DNA from: Spirochaetota bacterium
GTDB lineage: Bacteria; Spirochaetota; GWE2-31-10; JAFGQB01
Direction: 5' to 3'
Length of the DNA stretch: 64,000 nucleotides
Assembly: GCA_016935915.1 (NCBI GenBank)
Contig: JAFGQB010000058.1
Coordinates: 2,496 to 66,495, forward strand
Shown here: piece after piece, positions 31,947 through 40,516 of the stretch
Layout: each line of letters opens with the position of its first letter
Position numbering within the stretch: the first letter of the stretch is position 1
Made by a program: the position numbers and the translations under genes
Notes under the pieces: generated by a model
The model's input: the letters and a program-made list of their open reading frames with translations, nothing else
The model's database searches: none
What the model was told of the DNA's origin: nothing

Positions 31947-32360
31947 ATGCATAATAAAAAAGAACCTGTAATTAAAAATAAAAATATCATAAATTATCCT
32001 TCAAGAACATTGGATCCTCCCATATCACTTATAGACTTAGCAAAAGAAATCGAACGATCCGAAGAAATAATTAAAATAAATATTAATGGAAAATTAGATT
32101 TGATATTAAAAGAGATTAACAGGTTAAAAGAAGAAGCAAAAAAAATTATTGAACAGACATATAAAGACCTTGAACTGCATAAGGTTAAATGCAATTTTCA
32201 AAAAATTCCAGGAGAAATTATCTACCTTTATAAAAAAACCAATGAAGAATTTTACTTTTCAAGATTATCCTTTTCAGACTGGAAAAACAATCCCCCGGAT
32301 GAATTTATAGATGCTTACATATATAAATCCGACAGGACTTTTGAAAAAATAAAAATCTAG
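31947..32360 (+). CDS. Hypothetical protein (137 aa)
   Basis: ORF with a coiled-coil-like centre. Its stop overlaps the stop of the convergent AAA+ gene. No family confidently recognised. Confidence 0.45.
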   Translation: MHNKKEPVIKNKNIINYPSRTLDPPISLIDLAKEIERSEEIIKININGKLDLILKEINRLKEEAKKIIEQTYKDLELHKVKCNFQKIPGEIIYLYKKTNEEFYFSRLSFSDWKNNPPDEFIDAYIYKSDRTFEKIKI

Positions 32361-34132
32361 CTTCTTTCCCCTAAAATTGCCTTTATCTCTCTGATAGCTT
32401 CAGCAATCTTTATTTTAGGCATAGCTGCATACTTTTGAGGTATCATATTTACATGAGTGCATTCCAGTACTGATACAAGATTCTGCAGTTCTACTTCATA
32501 CGGATAAACTGCAGGTATAAAATTATTGATAGCTTCATTTATATGTTCATTGTCAACATAATCCAAACCGTCGGATACACTTATGCTTTTAGCTCTTACC
32601 AAAATAGCTTCAATATCCGCACCTGAATATTGATATTTTTGCTTTTTAAATATATCATCATCATATTTGATATTGGTATTTATATTTAATTTTTTCAGCA
32701 TGATTTTAAAAAGATCTTCTCTTTCCTCAAGAGTAGCCGGATAAAAAAGTGCAAAATGCTCTTCACATCTGCCCTGACGTTTTATATCGATCGGTAATAA
32801 ATCTGGTCTGCATGTTATTAAAAACCAGATGATTTTTCCTCTGTAATCTGTATTTCCCATAAACGATGAAAGTTGCGCAAAAACCCTGTTGGAAGTACCA
32901 CTGTCGCCATCCATGTTCCTGTCGCCCAAAACAGCATCTGCTTCATCGATCATAACAGCAACAGGAGCCATAGCTTTTAAAATATCCAATATCTTTTCAA
33001 TATTGCTCTCTGTTACACCTACATATTTTGATCTGAAGTTTAAAAATCTTACCACCGGTATACCTATCTCTCCTGTAAAGCATGATACAAGATATGATTT
33101 ACCTGTCCCTACAGGTCCTGCTATTAGATAACCCATAGGCAAAACATCGAGTCTTCCATGTTTTATATTTTCTGCAGATCTTTTTAATGCTTTTTTTACA
33201 TACTCATGCCCGCTTACCATACTAAGATCACTGTCGGATTTTATGATTTCCAGTAATCCTGCAGATTCCGCTTCAATCAGTTCCTTTTTTCTTTTTCGTA
33301 AATATTCCATTGAAATATTTTTCTTTTCCTGATAACTCTCTGCAATAATCTGGTTTATATTTACCAAATTTAATCCACCGGTGATCTTTGCAACAGTTGA
33401 TTCTGTCAAACCGGGTTCCAGATAAAGTTTCCCTTCCCGTTTATTGAACTCCAGAAAATTAAATCTTGTTTTTTCATCAGGTAAAGGTACATGTATGCTT
33501 ATAACATTGGGACATTTGACAAGATTTTGATTTAATTCGGATAGATTTTCTGTGAGTAAAATAGTTGTTACATCCTTATGGATAAAAATAGGATTATAAG
33601 CCCATCTTTTTATTGTAACAAAACTGAATCTGTCATCCTCTGAATAAGATGATCCGATATTTGTAGGTATTATAGTTTCTGCAAAATCAACAATAAAAAC
33701 AACTCTTTCTTTTTGTTTGATCTTTCTATAAAAATATTTTTCAATTAATTCAAAGGCAGCAGTTACTTTTCTTGTAAACAGTTTCCTTGTATCGCTTTCA
33801 TCCGGCAGATATCCTGATAAAGAATTTACAAAATCTTGTTTTGTGGATGAACCTGTTTTATTAAAAGGGTTTTCAACAAATCCTATACCTGAAGATCGGT
33901 CAAAGCAGACAATCCTGCCCTTGTAGCCGAATAAAACATCAGCGATATAATCCTGAATTTCCACAAATTTAAACTCACTTACTCCGGTTCTCTGGGCTAA
34001 AAAATCCCTTATATTTCCATGAAAAATATAAGTACTTGCAGTATTTGAACAATATTTAATAGCAAAGGTCTTTGCCCATTCGGGAAGTTTTTGTATAAAG
34101 CTGTAATTTTTCTGTATTAAATGCTGAGCCAT
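32357..34132 (-). CDS. Classical-clade AAA+ ATPase with a degenerate N-terminal AAA-like domain
   Basis: 591 aa. C-terminal module has Walker A GPVGTGKS (33095-33118), Walker B VAVMIDEAD, and second region of homology CRPDLLPIDIKRQGRCEEH. The N-terminal half looks like an inactivated AAA module. Confidence 0.8.
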   Translation of the reverse strand: MAQHLIQKNYSFIQKLPEWAKTFAIKYCSNTASTYIFHGNIRDFLAQRTGVSEFKFVEIQDYIADVLFGYKGRIVCFDRSSGIGFVENPFNKTGSSTKQDFVNSLSGYLPDESDTRKLFTRKVTAAFELIEKYFYRKIKQKERVVFIVDFAETIIPTNIGSSYSEDDRFSFVTIKRWAYNPIFIHKDVTTILLTENLSELNQNLVKCPNVISIHVPLPDEKTRFNFLEFNKREGKLYLEPGLTESTVAKITGGLNLVNINQIIAESYQEKKNISMEYLRKRKKELIEAESAGLLEIIKSDSDLSMVSGHEYVKKALKRSAENIKHGRLDVLPMGYLIAGPVGTGKSYLVSCFTGEIGIPVVRFLNFRSKYVGVTESNIEKILDILKAMAPVAVMIDEADAVLGDRNMDGDSGTSNRVFAQLSSFMGNTDYRGKIIWFLITCRPDLLPIDIKRQGRCEEHFALFYPATLEEREDLFKIMLKKLNINTNIKYDDDIFKKQKYQYSGADIEAILVRAKSISVSDGLDYVDNEHINEAINNFIPAVYPYEVELQNLVSVLECTHVNMIPQKYAAMPKIKIAEAIREIKAILGERS

Positions 34133-34293
34133 AAAAACCTGTTTTTAAAAAAATATCAGGTAAAGTTTATAGTATAATCAATAAAATGTCAAACATAACA
34201 TTATAATTAATTACATTTTTTTTTATAAATTAATATTGCTTATTTTTAAAGATGCTGAATAATTTACTAAAGTGTATCTTTACGTAATTTGCG

Positions 34294-34319
34294 CTATTTT
34301 TTGCGCAAAAACTATCGCT
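34294..34319. repeat. Copy B of the ~26-nt imperfect direct repeat
   Basis: See copy A. Here it is embedded in a small palindrome TGCGC-TATTTTTT-GCGCA in the divergent spacer between the AAA+ gene and the TPR/greA operon. Confidence 0.6.
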
Positions 34320-34395
34320 ATCGAAAACAAGACAGCGGCTTTGCAAATAATAATATTTTAAATTAACAAATCAACTTTATACAGTTTTATTTATA

Positions 34396-34423
34396 TTGAC
34401 ATTCTCTGTATAAATGTTAAAAT
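34396..34423 (+). promoter_or_regulatory. Candidate sigma70-type promoter of the TPR-greA operon (TTGACA-16 nt-TAAAAT)
   Basis: TTGACA at 34396-34401 and TAAAAT at 34418-34423, 30 nt upstream of the ATG at 34453. AT-rich context makes chance matches likely. Confidence 0.3.
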
Positions 34424-34452
34424 AGTTTTTAATTATAAAAAAATAATTTGAA

Positions 34453-35418
34453 ATGACATTTAAAAATGAAAAAATTAAAAATGACTTAGATTTAGTAAAT
34501 TTAATTAATAGTTCATTGGATTTGTTAAAAATCGGCGAATTTAACAGGGCAATTATTTCATTTAACAATGCATTAAAACAAAATTATTCAAACTTAATCG
34601 CCGAATCCGGCATAAAATGCTGCAAGTATTGGATAGCAAGATTAAATAAATTTAATAATTTAAATGAATCTTATAAAAAAGGTAAAACCTTATTAGAAGA
34701 ATGGTTTAAATTTGAAAATTTTATACAAACAATTAAAAATATTCAATCTAAAGTTACGACAAATATAATGCATTTTATATTTAACACAGCTTTAGATGAA
34801 TTTAAAAAAGTAAAATTAGAAAATAAAATATTTGATTTAGATATAACTTTTAATATTGCATTATGTTATAAAAAAATTGGAAATTATACCGAAGCAATAA
34901 AAAATTTAGCAGAAGCAATGAGTTATGAAAATGACAACTCAAATGTTATGTGTCAGCTGGCTGATTGCTATGCTCTGATTGATGAAGAAAAAAAGGCAAA
35001 ATTATTATTCAGAGAAGCTTTTTTTATAGATCCTTCATCAATTGAATTGAACTTACTTGATTCAAATATTATTAATTATATAATTGCAAAAATTAAAGAT
35101 TATAAAATATCAAGTAATGAAATTAATTATTGGATACCTGTTTACGGTAGAATATTAGGTATATTAAATATTTATCGGGAATTGCTCCCGATCGAAGCTG
35201 CAAAAATAAAAAAAGAAATTTTATCTATAGAAAATAATTTTGGTTCAACTTTGGATGATGATAATATTTTAAAATCAAAATTATTGAATTTGTGCTTATG
35301 GTATTATGATTTTGTAAAATATTATAAAAAAGACAAAAGTGATCTCTCTGAGATCGAATATAAAATAAAAAATACATCTGAACATATATATAATATTTTT
35401 TTTAAAAATATGAAATAG
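34453..35418 (+). CDS. TPR-like helical repeat protein
   Basis: 321 aa. TPR-like segments (IALCYKKIGNYTEAIKNLAEAMSYEND, MCQLADCYALIDEEKKAKLLFREAFFIDP). Its stop overlaps the RBS of greA. Confidence 0.55.
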   Translation: MTFKNEKIKNDLDLVNLINSSLDLLKIGEFNRAIISFNNALKQNYSNLIAESGIKCCKYWIARLNKFNNLNESYKKGKTLLEEWFKFENFIQTIKNIQSKVTTNIMHFIFNTALDEFKKVKLENKIFDLDITFNIALCYKKIGNYTEAIKNLAEAMSYENDNSNVMCQLADCYALIDEEKKAKLLFREAFFIDPSSIELNLLDSNIINYIIAKIKDYKISSNEINYWIPVYGRILGILNIYRELLPIEAAKIKKEILSIENNFGSTLDDDNILKSKLLNLCLWYYDFVKYYKKDKSDLSEIEYKIKNTSEHIYNIFFKNMK

Positions 35419-35427
35419 GAGATAAAA

Positions 35428-38127
35428 TTGAAAGAAAAAATAATTGAAAAATTCGAAACAATGCTCAATGAAGAAAAATGGACAAGAGCTACAATTAATA
35501 ATTATACTATTACAAATTTTGAAAAATTAAATGAGCTGATTAATGAATTTAAAATAAATAACATGCTCAACGAAATTAAGGACATCGGTGATGAATATTT
35601 AAAGCATAATAAAAATTCTATAGTTGCTTTGTACGTCAATTCAATCATTCAGCTTGAAGAAAAAATCATAGATGAACTTATGATCTACAGTTTAATAAAA
35701 ATATTTTCAGATAATTTAAAATGGAATATTGTTGAATATTTATGTTTAAAAGCTCTTACTTATGTAGAAGATAAAATATTATTAAAAACTTTAATTACAA
35801 CATATATTAATCTAAATAGAAAAGATGAATTGCCCCCGCTTTGGGAAAGATTAATAAAAGTTGATTATGAAGAAGCGGAAATTGTTGTTAATCTGGCTAA
35901 GATAAGAGAAGAAAACAATGAAATTGAAGATGCTGTTACCTACTATAAAAAGGCTATAAACAGATTTATTTTATCTAAGAACTTTATACAGGTTGAAGAA
36001 CTTTGGAAAAAACTCTTAACTTTTGAAAACATCGGTAATGATTACTATTTTAATTTGGATCAAAAGATTTCAAAAAACTTCAGTATTGAAAGATCTATTG
36101 AACTTTTAAAATTATTATATCAGAATACAATTGCTAAGGACGATTATGATTCCAGTATAAAAGTCTTAAAACTCATATTGGATAAATCAAATTCTGATGA
36201 ACTGGCAAGAAAAGAAATAGTAAACATCTATAGAAAAAAATACAAAGATCATTCTCAACTTGAAGAATATATAAGAATCAGCAATCTTGAAGGCTCTTGG
36301 AGAAATATATTTGATGCATTAGACAGTTTTGAAAAACATATAGCTTTTGATAAAGGAAATTTTGTTTATCACAGAAGCTGGGGTATAGGAAGAATTGTAG
36401 ATGTTTCAAAAGATATTTTTACAATTAATTTTCAAAATAAAAAAGAACATAAAATGTCTCTAAAAATGGCATTAAGTTCATTACAGATACTTCCAAAGAA
36501 TCATATATGGATTTTAAAATTAAAAAATATTGATTTATTAAAGAAAAAAGTCAAGGAAGATATTCTCTGGGCATTAAAAATAATTATACAAAGTTACAAT
36601 AATCAGGCTACTTTAAAAAATATACAGGAAGAACTTGTTCCGGATGTAATACAAGAATCAAAATGGTCATCATGGTGGAATCAGGCAAAAAAAATACTTA
36701 AAACTGATCCTACTTTTGGAACCAGCATGAATTCCAACAATACATTTGAAGTAAGGGAAAAACCCCAAACATTTGAAGAAAAAACCTTTGAATCTTTTAA
36801 AAATGCCAGAGATTATGGTCAAAGATTAAATTTAATTCTTGATTATCTAGAATATACAGAACCAGAACCCGACCCTGACTTTCTTGAAGAAATGCTTTCT
36901 TATTTTTCATCCTTTTTAAATTCAAAAAACAACGTTAATGAAAATACTATAATAAGTTATATACTTGTAAAAGATGTGATAACCAAATATACTTTTATCA
37001 AACAGTCTATTCCCTATTCTTTCAATGATTATTTTATTAATTTAGAAGATCCTATTAAAATTTATTCAGAATTGCCAACATCTGATTTTAAAAAGGAATT
37101 TTTAATCCAGATAAAAAAATCAACTGATGAGTGGATTGATTTTTTTATAAAATTATTTTATCTTTTCCCAAATAAATTCATTTATGATGAAATCTTATAT
37201 AAAGATTTTAGTATTATTGAAAAAATAATAAAAGATTTAATTACCCGATATAAAGAATATTCAGATGCATTCTTTTGGATCGTTACAAATGTTCTTGAAA
37301 AAAATTTAATTGAAAAACTCAGCATTAATATTGATAATATAGTTTTTTCAGTGCTTCATTTGATAGAAATTACAACAAAGAACATAAATAATAAAAAAGA
37401 ACTAGTTAAAAATAAAAGACTTGTTAAACAGTTAAAAGATTATCTTACAAACAACAATTTTTTAATTAATTATATAGAAAAAGCTGATAAGGAATTTTCA
37501 AAAAGGCTCTATGGAATTATTGATGAATTGATTTATTTAGACAGTGAATATGTTGTCATGATTAAGGATAAAATCGCCAAACTCTATCCGGATATTGATG
37601 CTGATAAAGTTTTAAAATTTGACAGCAAAATATCAAAGTTAAGTATAGGTGATAAAATTCTTACAACTCAAGAAAGTTATGAAAGAGTATACAAGGAAAT
37701 GATTCATATAAAAGATATTGAGATACCTGAAAACTCCAAAGAAATAGGTTTTGCAATGGAAAAGGGGGACTTAAGAGAAAACGCGGAATATAAGGCTGCT
37801 AAAGAACAACAGACTTTTCTTAATAATAAACTTAACAAATTAATGAATGATCTTTCAAAAGTTCAGATTATCAAAATATCAGATATATCTGGTGATACTA
37901 TAAGTTTCGGTACAAAAGTTAAACTAAATGATTTAATACAAAATAAGGACATTGAATATACAATATTGGGACCATGGGAATCACAAACTGAAAAAAATAT
38001 TATATCTTATCAATCACCATTGGGATTAAATTTATTGGATAAAAAAATAAATGAAGAAGTAAAGTTCTCAATTAATAATAAAGAATATAATTACTTAGTG
38101 AAAGAAATAAATATAGCTGATTTTTAA
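35428..38127 (+). CDS. greA: Extended transcription elongation factor GreA (about 750-aa N-terminal extension plus C-terminal GreA module)
   Basis: 899 aa. TTG start with AGGAG 6 nt upstream. The C-terminal ~150 aa is a GreA module (KGDLRENAEYKAAKEQQ coiled coil, then FGTKVKL...ILGPWES...ISYQSPLG globular domain). Confidence 0.85.
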   Translation: MKEKIIEKFETMLNEEKWTRATINNYTITNFEKLNELINEFKINNMLNEIKDIGDEYLKHNKNSIVALYVNSIIQLEEKIIDELMIYSLIKIFSDNLKWNIVEYLCLKALTYVEDKILLKTLITTYINLNRKDELPPLWERLIKVDYEEAEIVVNLAKIREENNEIEDAVTYYKKAINRFILSKNFIQVEELWKKLLTFENIGNDYYFNLDQKISKNFSIERSIELLKLLYQNTIAKDDYDSSIKVLKLILDKSNSDELARKEIVNIYRKKYKDHSQLEEYIRISNLEGSWRNIFDALDSFEKHIAFDKGNFVYHRSWGIGRIVDVSKDIFTINFQNKKEHKMSLKMALSSLQILPKNHIWILKLKNIDLLKKKVKEDILWALKIIIQSYNNQATLKNIQEELVPDVIQESKWSSWWNQAKKILKTDPTFGTSMNSNNTFEVREKPQTFEEKTFESFKNARDYGQRLNLILDYLEYTEPEPDPDFLEEMLSYFSSFLNSKNNVNENTIISYILVKDVITKYTFIKQSIPYSFNDYFINLEDPIKIYSELPTSDFKKEFLIQIKKSTDEWIDFFIKLFYLFPNKFIYDEILYKDFSIIEKIIKDLITRYKEYSDAFFWIVTNVLEKNLIEKLSINIDNIVFSVLHLIEITTKNINNKKELVKNKRLVKQLKDYLTNNNFLINYIEKADKEFSKRLYGIIDELIYLDSEYVVMIKDKIAKLYPDIDADKVLKFDSKISKLSIGDKILTTQESYERVYKEMIHIKDIEIPENSKEIGFAMEKGDLRENAEYKAAKEQQTFLNNKLNKLMNDLSKVQIIKISDISGDTISFGTKVKLNDLIQNKDIEYTILGPWESQTEKNIISYQSPLGLNLLDKKINEEVKFSINNKEYNYLVKEINIADF

Positions 38128-38265
38128 TAATTGATTAATAAATATAATTTAACAATTGCTATTAAAATTATAAAAAAATAAAAGGAACAAAAAAATATAT
38201 TTATAAATTAAATTTAATTATATATAATTAAATAATAATTAACAAATTATCCGATATTTAATTAT

Positions 38266-39510
38266 ATGAAAAAATTAATAATTATTATTACGCTATTATT
38301 ATTTATATTAAATCTTAATTCTCAGGAAATTATTGATGCACCATTTATCTCTAATATTTCTTTTGAAGTTTCAAATGCAAAAGTTTTAATTCAGTGGGAA
38401 AATCCTTCAAACTTTGATCAATATTTAACAATATATCGTTCCAATTCTATAATTGACACTAATCCTAAAATTTTTACAAGCCAAAAAATTGCTGTATTAA
38501 AAAAACAGGAAGAAAAATATACTGATACACTAGAATCCGAAGGAAGCTATTATTACTCAGTAATCATTACTAACAAAAATACAAATAATGATTATATAGT
38601 TCTTATTCCATATCGAAATTATACATTAAAACCTGCTGTTATTCAAAAAGAAGACTTTTTTACAATAAAATCATTAAAAGTATCATCAAAAAACAGTTAT
38701 ATAGATATAAATTGGGATTATGAAAAATCCAGTGAAACATCTACAAAAGTACTGATCTATAGAAATATTAATCCTATTGAAAATGACAAAATTTTACAAT
38801 CATCAATAAAAATTGCAACATTGAATATCGAATCAAAATCATACATTGATGTTCCGCTTCCAAACATTACATATTATTACGCAATTTTTGTTGAAAATGA
38901 AAAAGAGAAAAAATTTATATCTGATATTAATATTTCAACAAATCCAGTCATGATAAGAGGCGAAGATTTCACTTTAAAAAATTTTTCAATTGATTACTTT
39001 ATTCCATTACCTTTACTATCAATAAAAAATGACCCTGTAACAGGAAAATCATTTGTTGATCCTCAGGTTATGTTTAATCCAAAAAAAATTGATTATACAA
39101 AAAAAACAAAAGAAATCATTGAAGATGATAAATTATTGTATAAAGACATATATTACAATTATGAACAGGAACTTAAATCAAAATACAATCTTTTAGAAGC
39201 TAATATTTTGAATAATGAAGTTATATTTGAAACTGAAGATTATAAAAATGAGTACAAAAATGCCATAATATATTTCAATAATAAAGAATATGACCTTGCA
39301 TTAAATATATTCGAAAATCTCACATTAGAGCTTATACCGGAAAATCTATTAAACAGGATTTCTTATTATATTGGTCTTTTATATTATTTAAAAGGTAATT
39401 TTTATCTCTCATATATCTACTTAAATTATTCATATGAAAGCTTTAAAAAAGAAGTCGAGCCGTATTTGAACTCAATTTATGCAATTATCTTTGAAAAGCT
39501 GGAGAGGTGA
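38266..39510 (+). CDS. Hypothetical secreted protein with two FN3-like modules and a C-terminal TPR-like region
   Basis: 414 aa. Signal peptide. Two similar modules (VLIQWENPSNFDQYLTIYRSN...YYYSVIIT and YIDINWDYEKSSETSTKVLIYRN...YYYAIFVE). Confidence 0.5.
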   Translation: MKKLIIIITLLLFILNLNSQEIIDAPFISNISFEVSNAKVLIQWENPSNFDQYLTIYRSNSIIDTNPKIFTSQKIAVLKKQEEKYTDTLESEGSYYYSVIITNKNTNNDYIVLIPYRNYTLKPAVIQKEDFFTIKSLKVSSKNSYIDINWDYEKSSETSTKVLIYRNINPIENDKILQSSIKIATLNIESKSYIDVPLPNITYYYAIFVENEKEKKFISDINISTNPVMIRGEDFTLKNFSIDYFIPLPLLSIKNDPVTGKSFVDPQVMFNPKKIDYTKKTKEIIEDDKLLYKDIYYNYEQELKSKYNLLEANILNNEVIFETEDYKNEYKNAIIYFNNKEYDLALNIFENLTLELIPENLLNRISYYIGLLYYLKGNFYLSYIYLNYSYESFKKEVEPYLNSIYAIIFEKLER

Positions 39511-39517
39511 AAAGCAA

Positions 39518-40516
39518 TCAAATTTTTCCAGAAATTATCTCCTGACTTCTATGGCATGCGGCAAGATGTTCTATTTCGATATTATCATTGATATCAATTA
39601 ATTCTGGTTCTTTTATTTTACATATATCAATAACATATGGACACCTTGTATGAAACCTGCAGCCTTTTGGTGGATTTGATGAGGATGGGGGTTCACCCTT
39701 TAAAATAATTTTATTATACTTTTTAGATGGATCTGGAATAGGAATTGCTGAAATCAATGCTTTAGTATAAGGATGTACTGGATTTGAATATATAATTTTA
39801 GAATCTGTAAGTTCAACAATTTTACCCAGATACATTACTGCAACTCTATCCGAAATATGTTTAACAATCGATAAATCATGCGCTATAAAAATATAGGTTA
39901 GATTTAAACTTTCCTGTAATTCCAGCAATAAATTAATAATTTGGGACTGGATAGAAACATCAAGAGCAGATACTGGTTCATCACAGATTATCAATTTAGG
40001 GTTTAGCGCTAAGGCTCTCGCTATTCCAATACGTTGTCGTTGACCACCACTAAATTCATGAGGATATCGTTTTAATGAGTTTTTTGGTAAACCAACTTTG
40101 TCCAATAGATCAAGAATTTTTAATTTTCTTTCTTTTATAAAAGTTTTATGTATTAAAAAAGGTTCTTCCAGAATATATTCAACTGTATGACGGGGATTCA
40201 ATGATTCATAAGGATCTTGAAATATCATCTGAATATTATGTCTGAGATTCTGCAGGTCATTATGCTTTAATTTTATAAGATCTATATTAGTAAATTTAAT
40301 TACACCGTAAGTTGGTTTATATAAATAATTTATTACCCTGCCTAAGGTAGTTTTACCACAACCCGATTCTCCCACAAGACCTAAAGTTTCCCCTTCTTTT
40401 ACATAAAATGAAACATCATCAACAGCATAAACCTTACCAACTTCCTTCCAAAAAACACCACCTCTGATAAAAAAATATTTTTTTAAGTTTTTTACTTCCA
40501 ATAAATAACTATTCAT
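39518..40516 (-). CDS. Peptide ABC transporter ATP-binding protein (OppF/DppF type)
   Basis: Walker A GESGCGKTT, signature FSGGQRQRIGIARAL, Walker B LIICDEPVSALD, C-terminal oligopeptide-type extension. Start moved to Met25 (MNSYLLEVKNL) at 40516; the listed 40588 start would overlap the upstream gene by 80 nt. Confidence 0.9.
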   Translation of the reverse strand: MNSYLLEVKNLKKYFFIRGGVFWKEVGKVYAVDDVSFYVKEGETLGLVGESGCGKTTLGRVINYLYKPTYGVIKFTNIDLIKLKHNDLQNLRHNIQMIFQDPYESLNPRHTVEYILEEPFLIHKTFIKERKLKILDLLDKVGLPKNSLKRYPHEFSGGQRQRIGIARALALNPKLIICDEPVSALDVSIQSQIINLLLELQESLNLTYIFIAHDLSIVKHISDRVAVMYLGKIVELTDSKIIYSNPVHPYTKALISAIPIPDPSKKYNKIILKGEPPSSSNPPKGCRFHTRCPYVIDICKIKEPELIDINDNIEIEHLAACHRSQEIISGKI

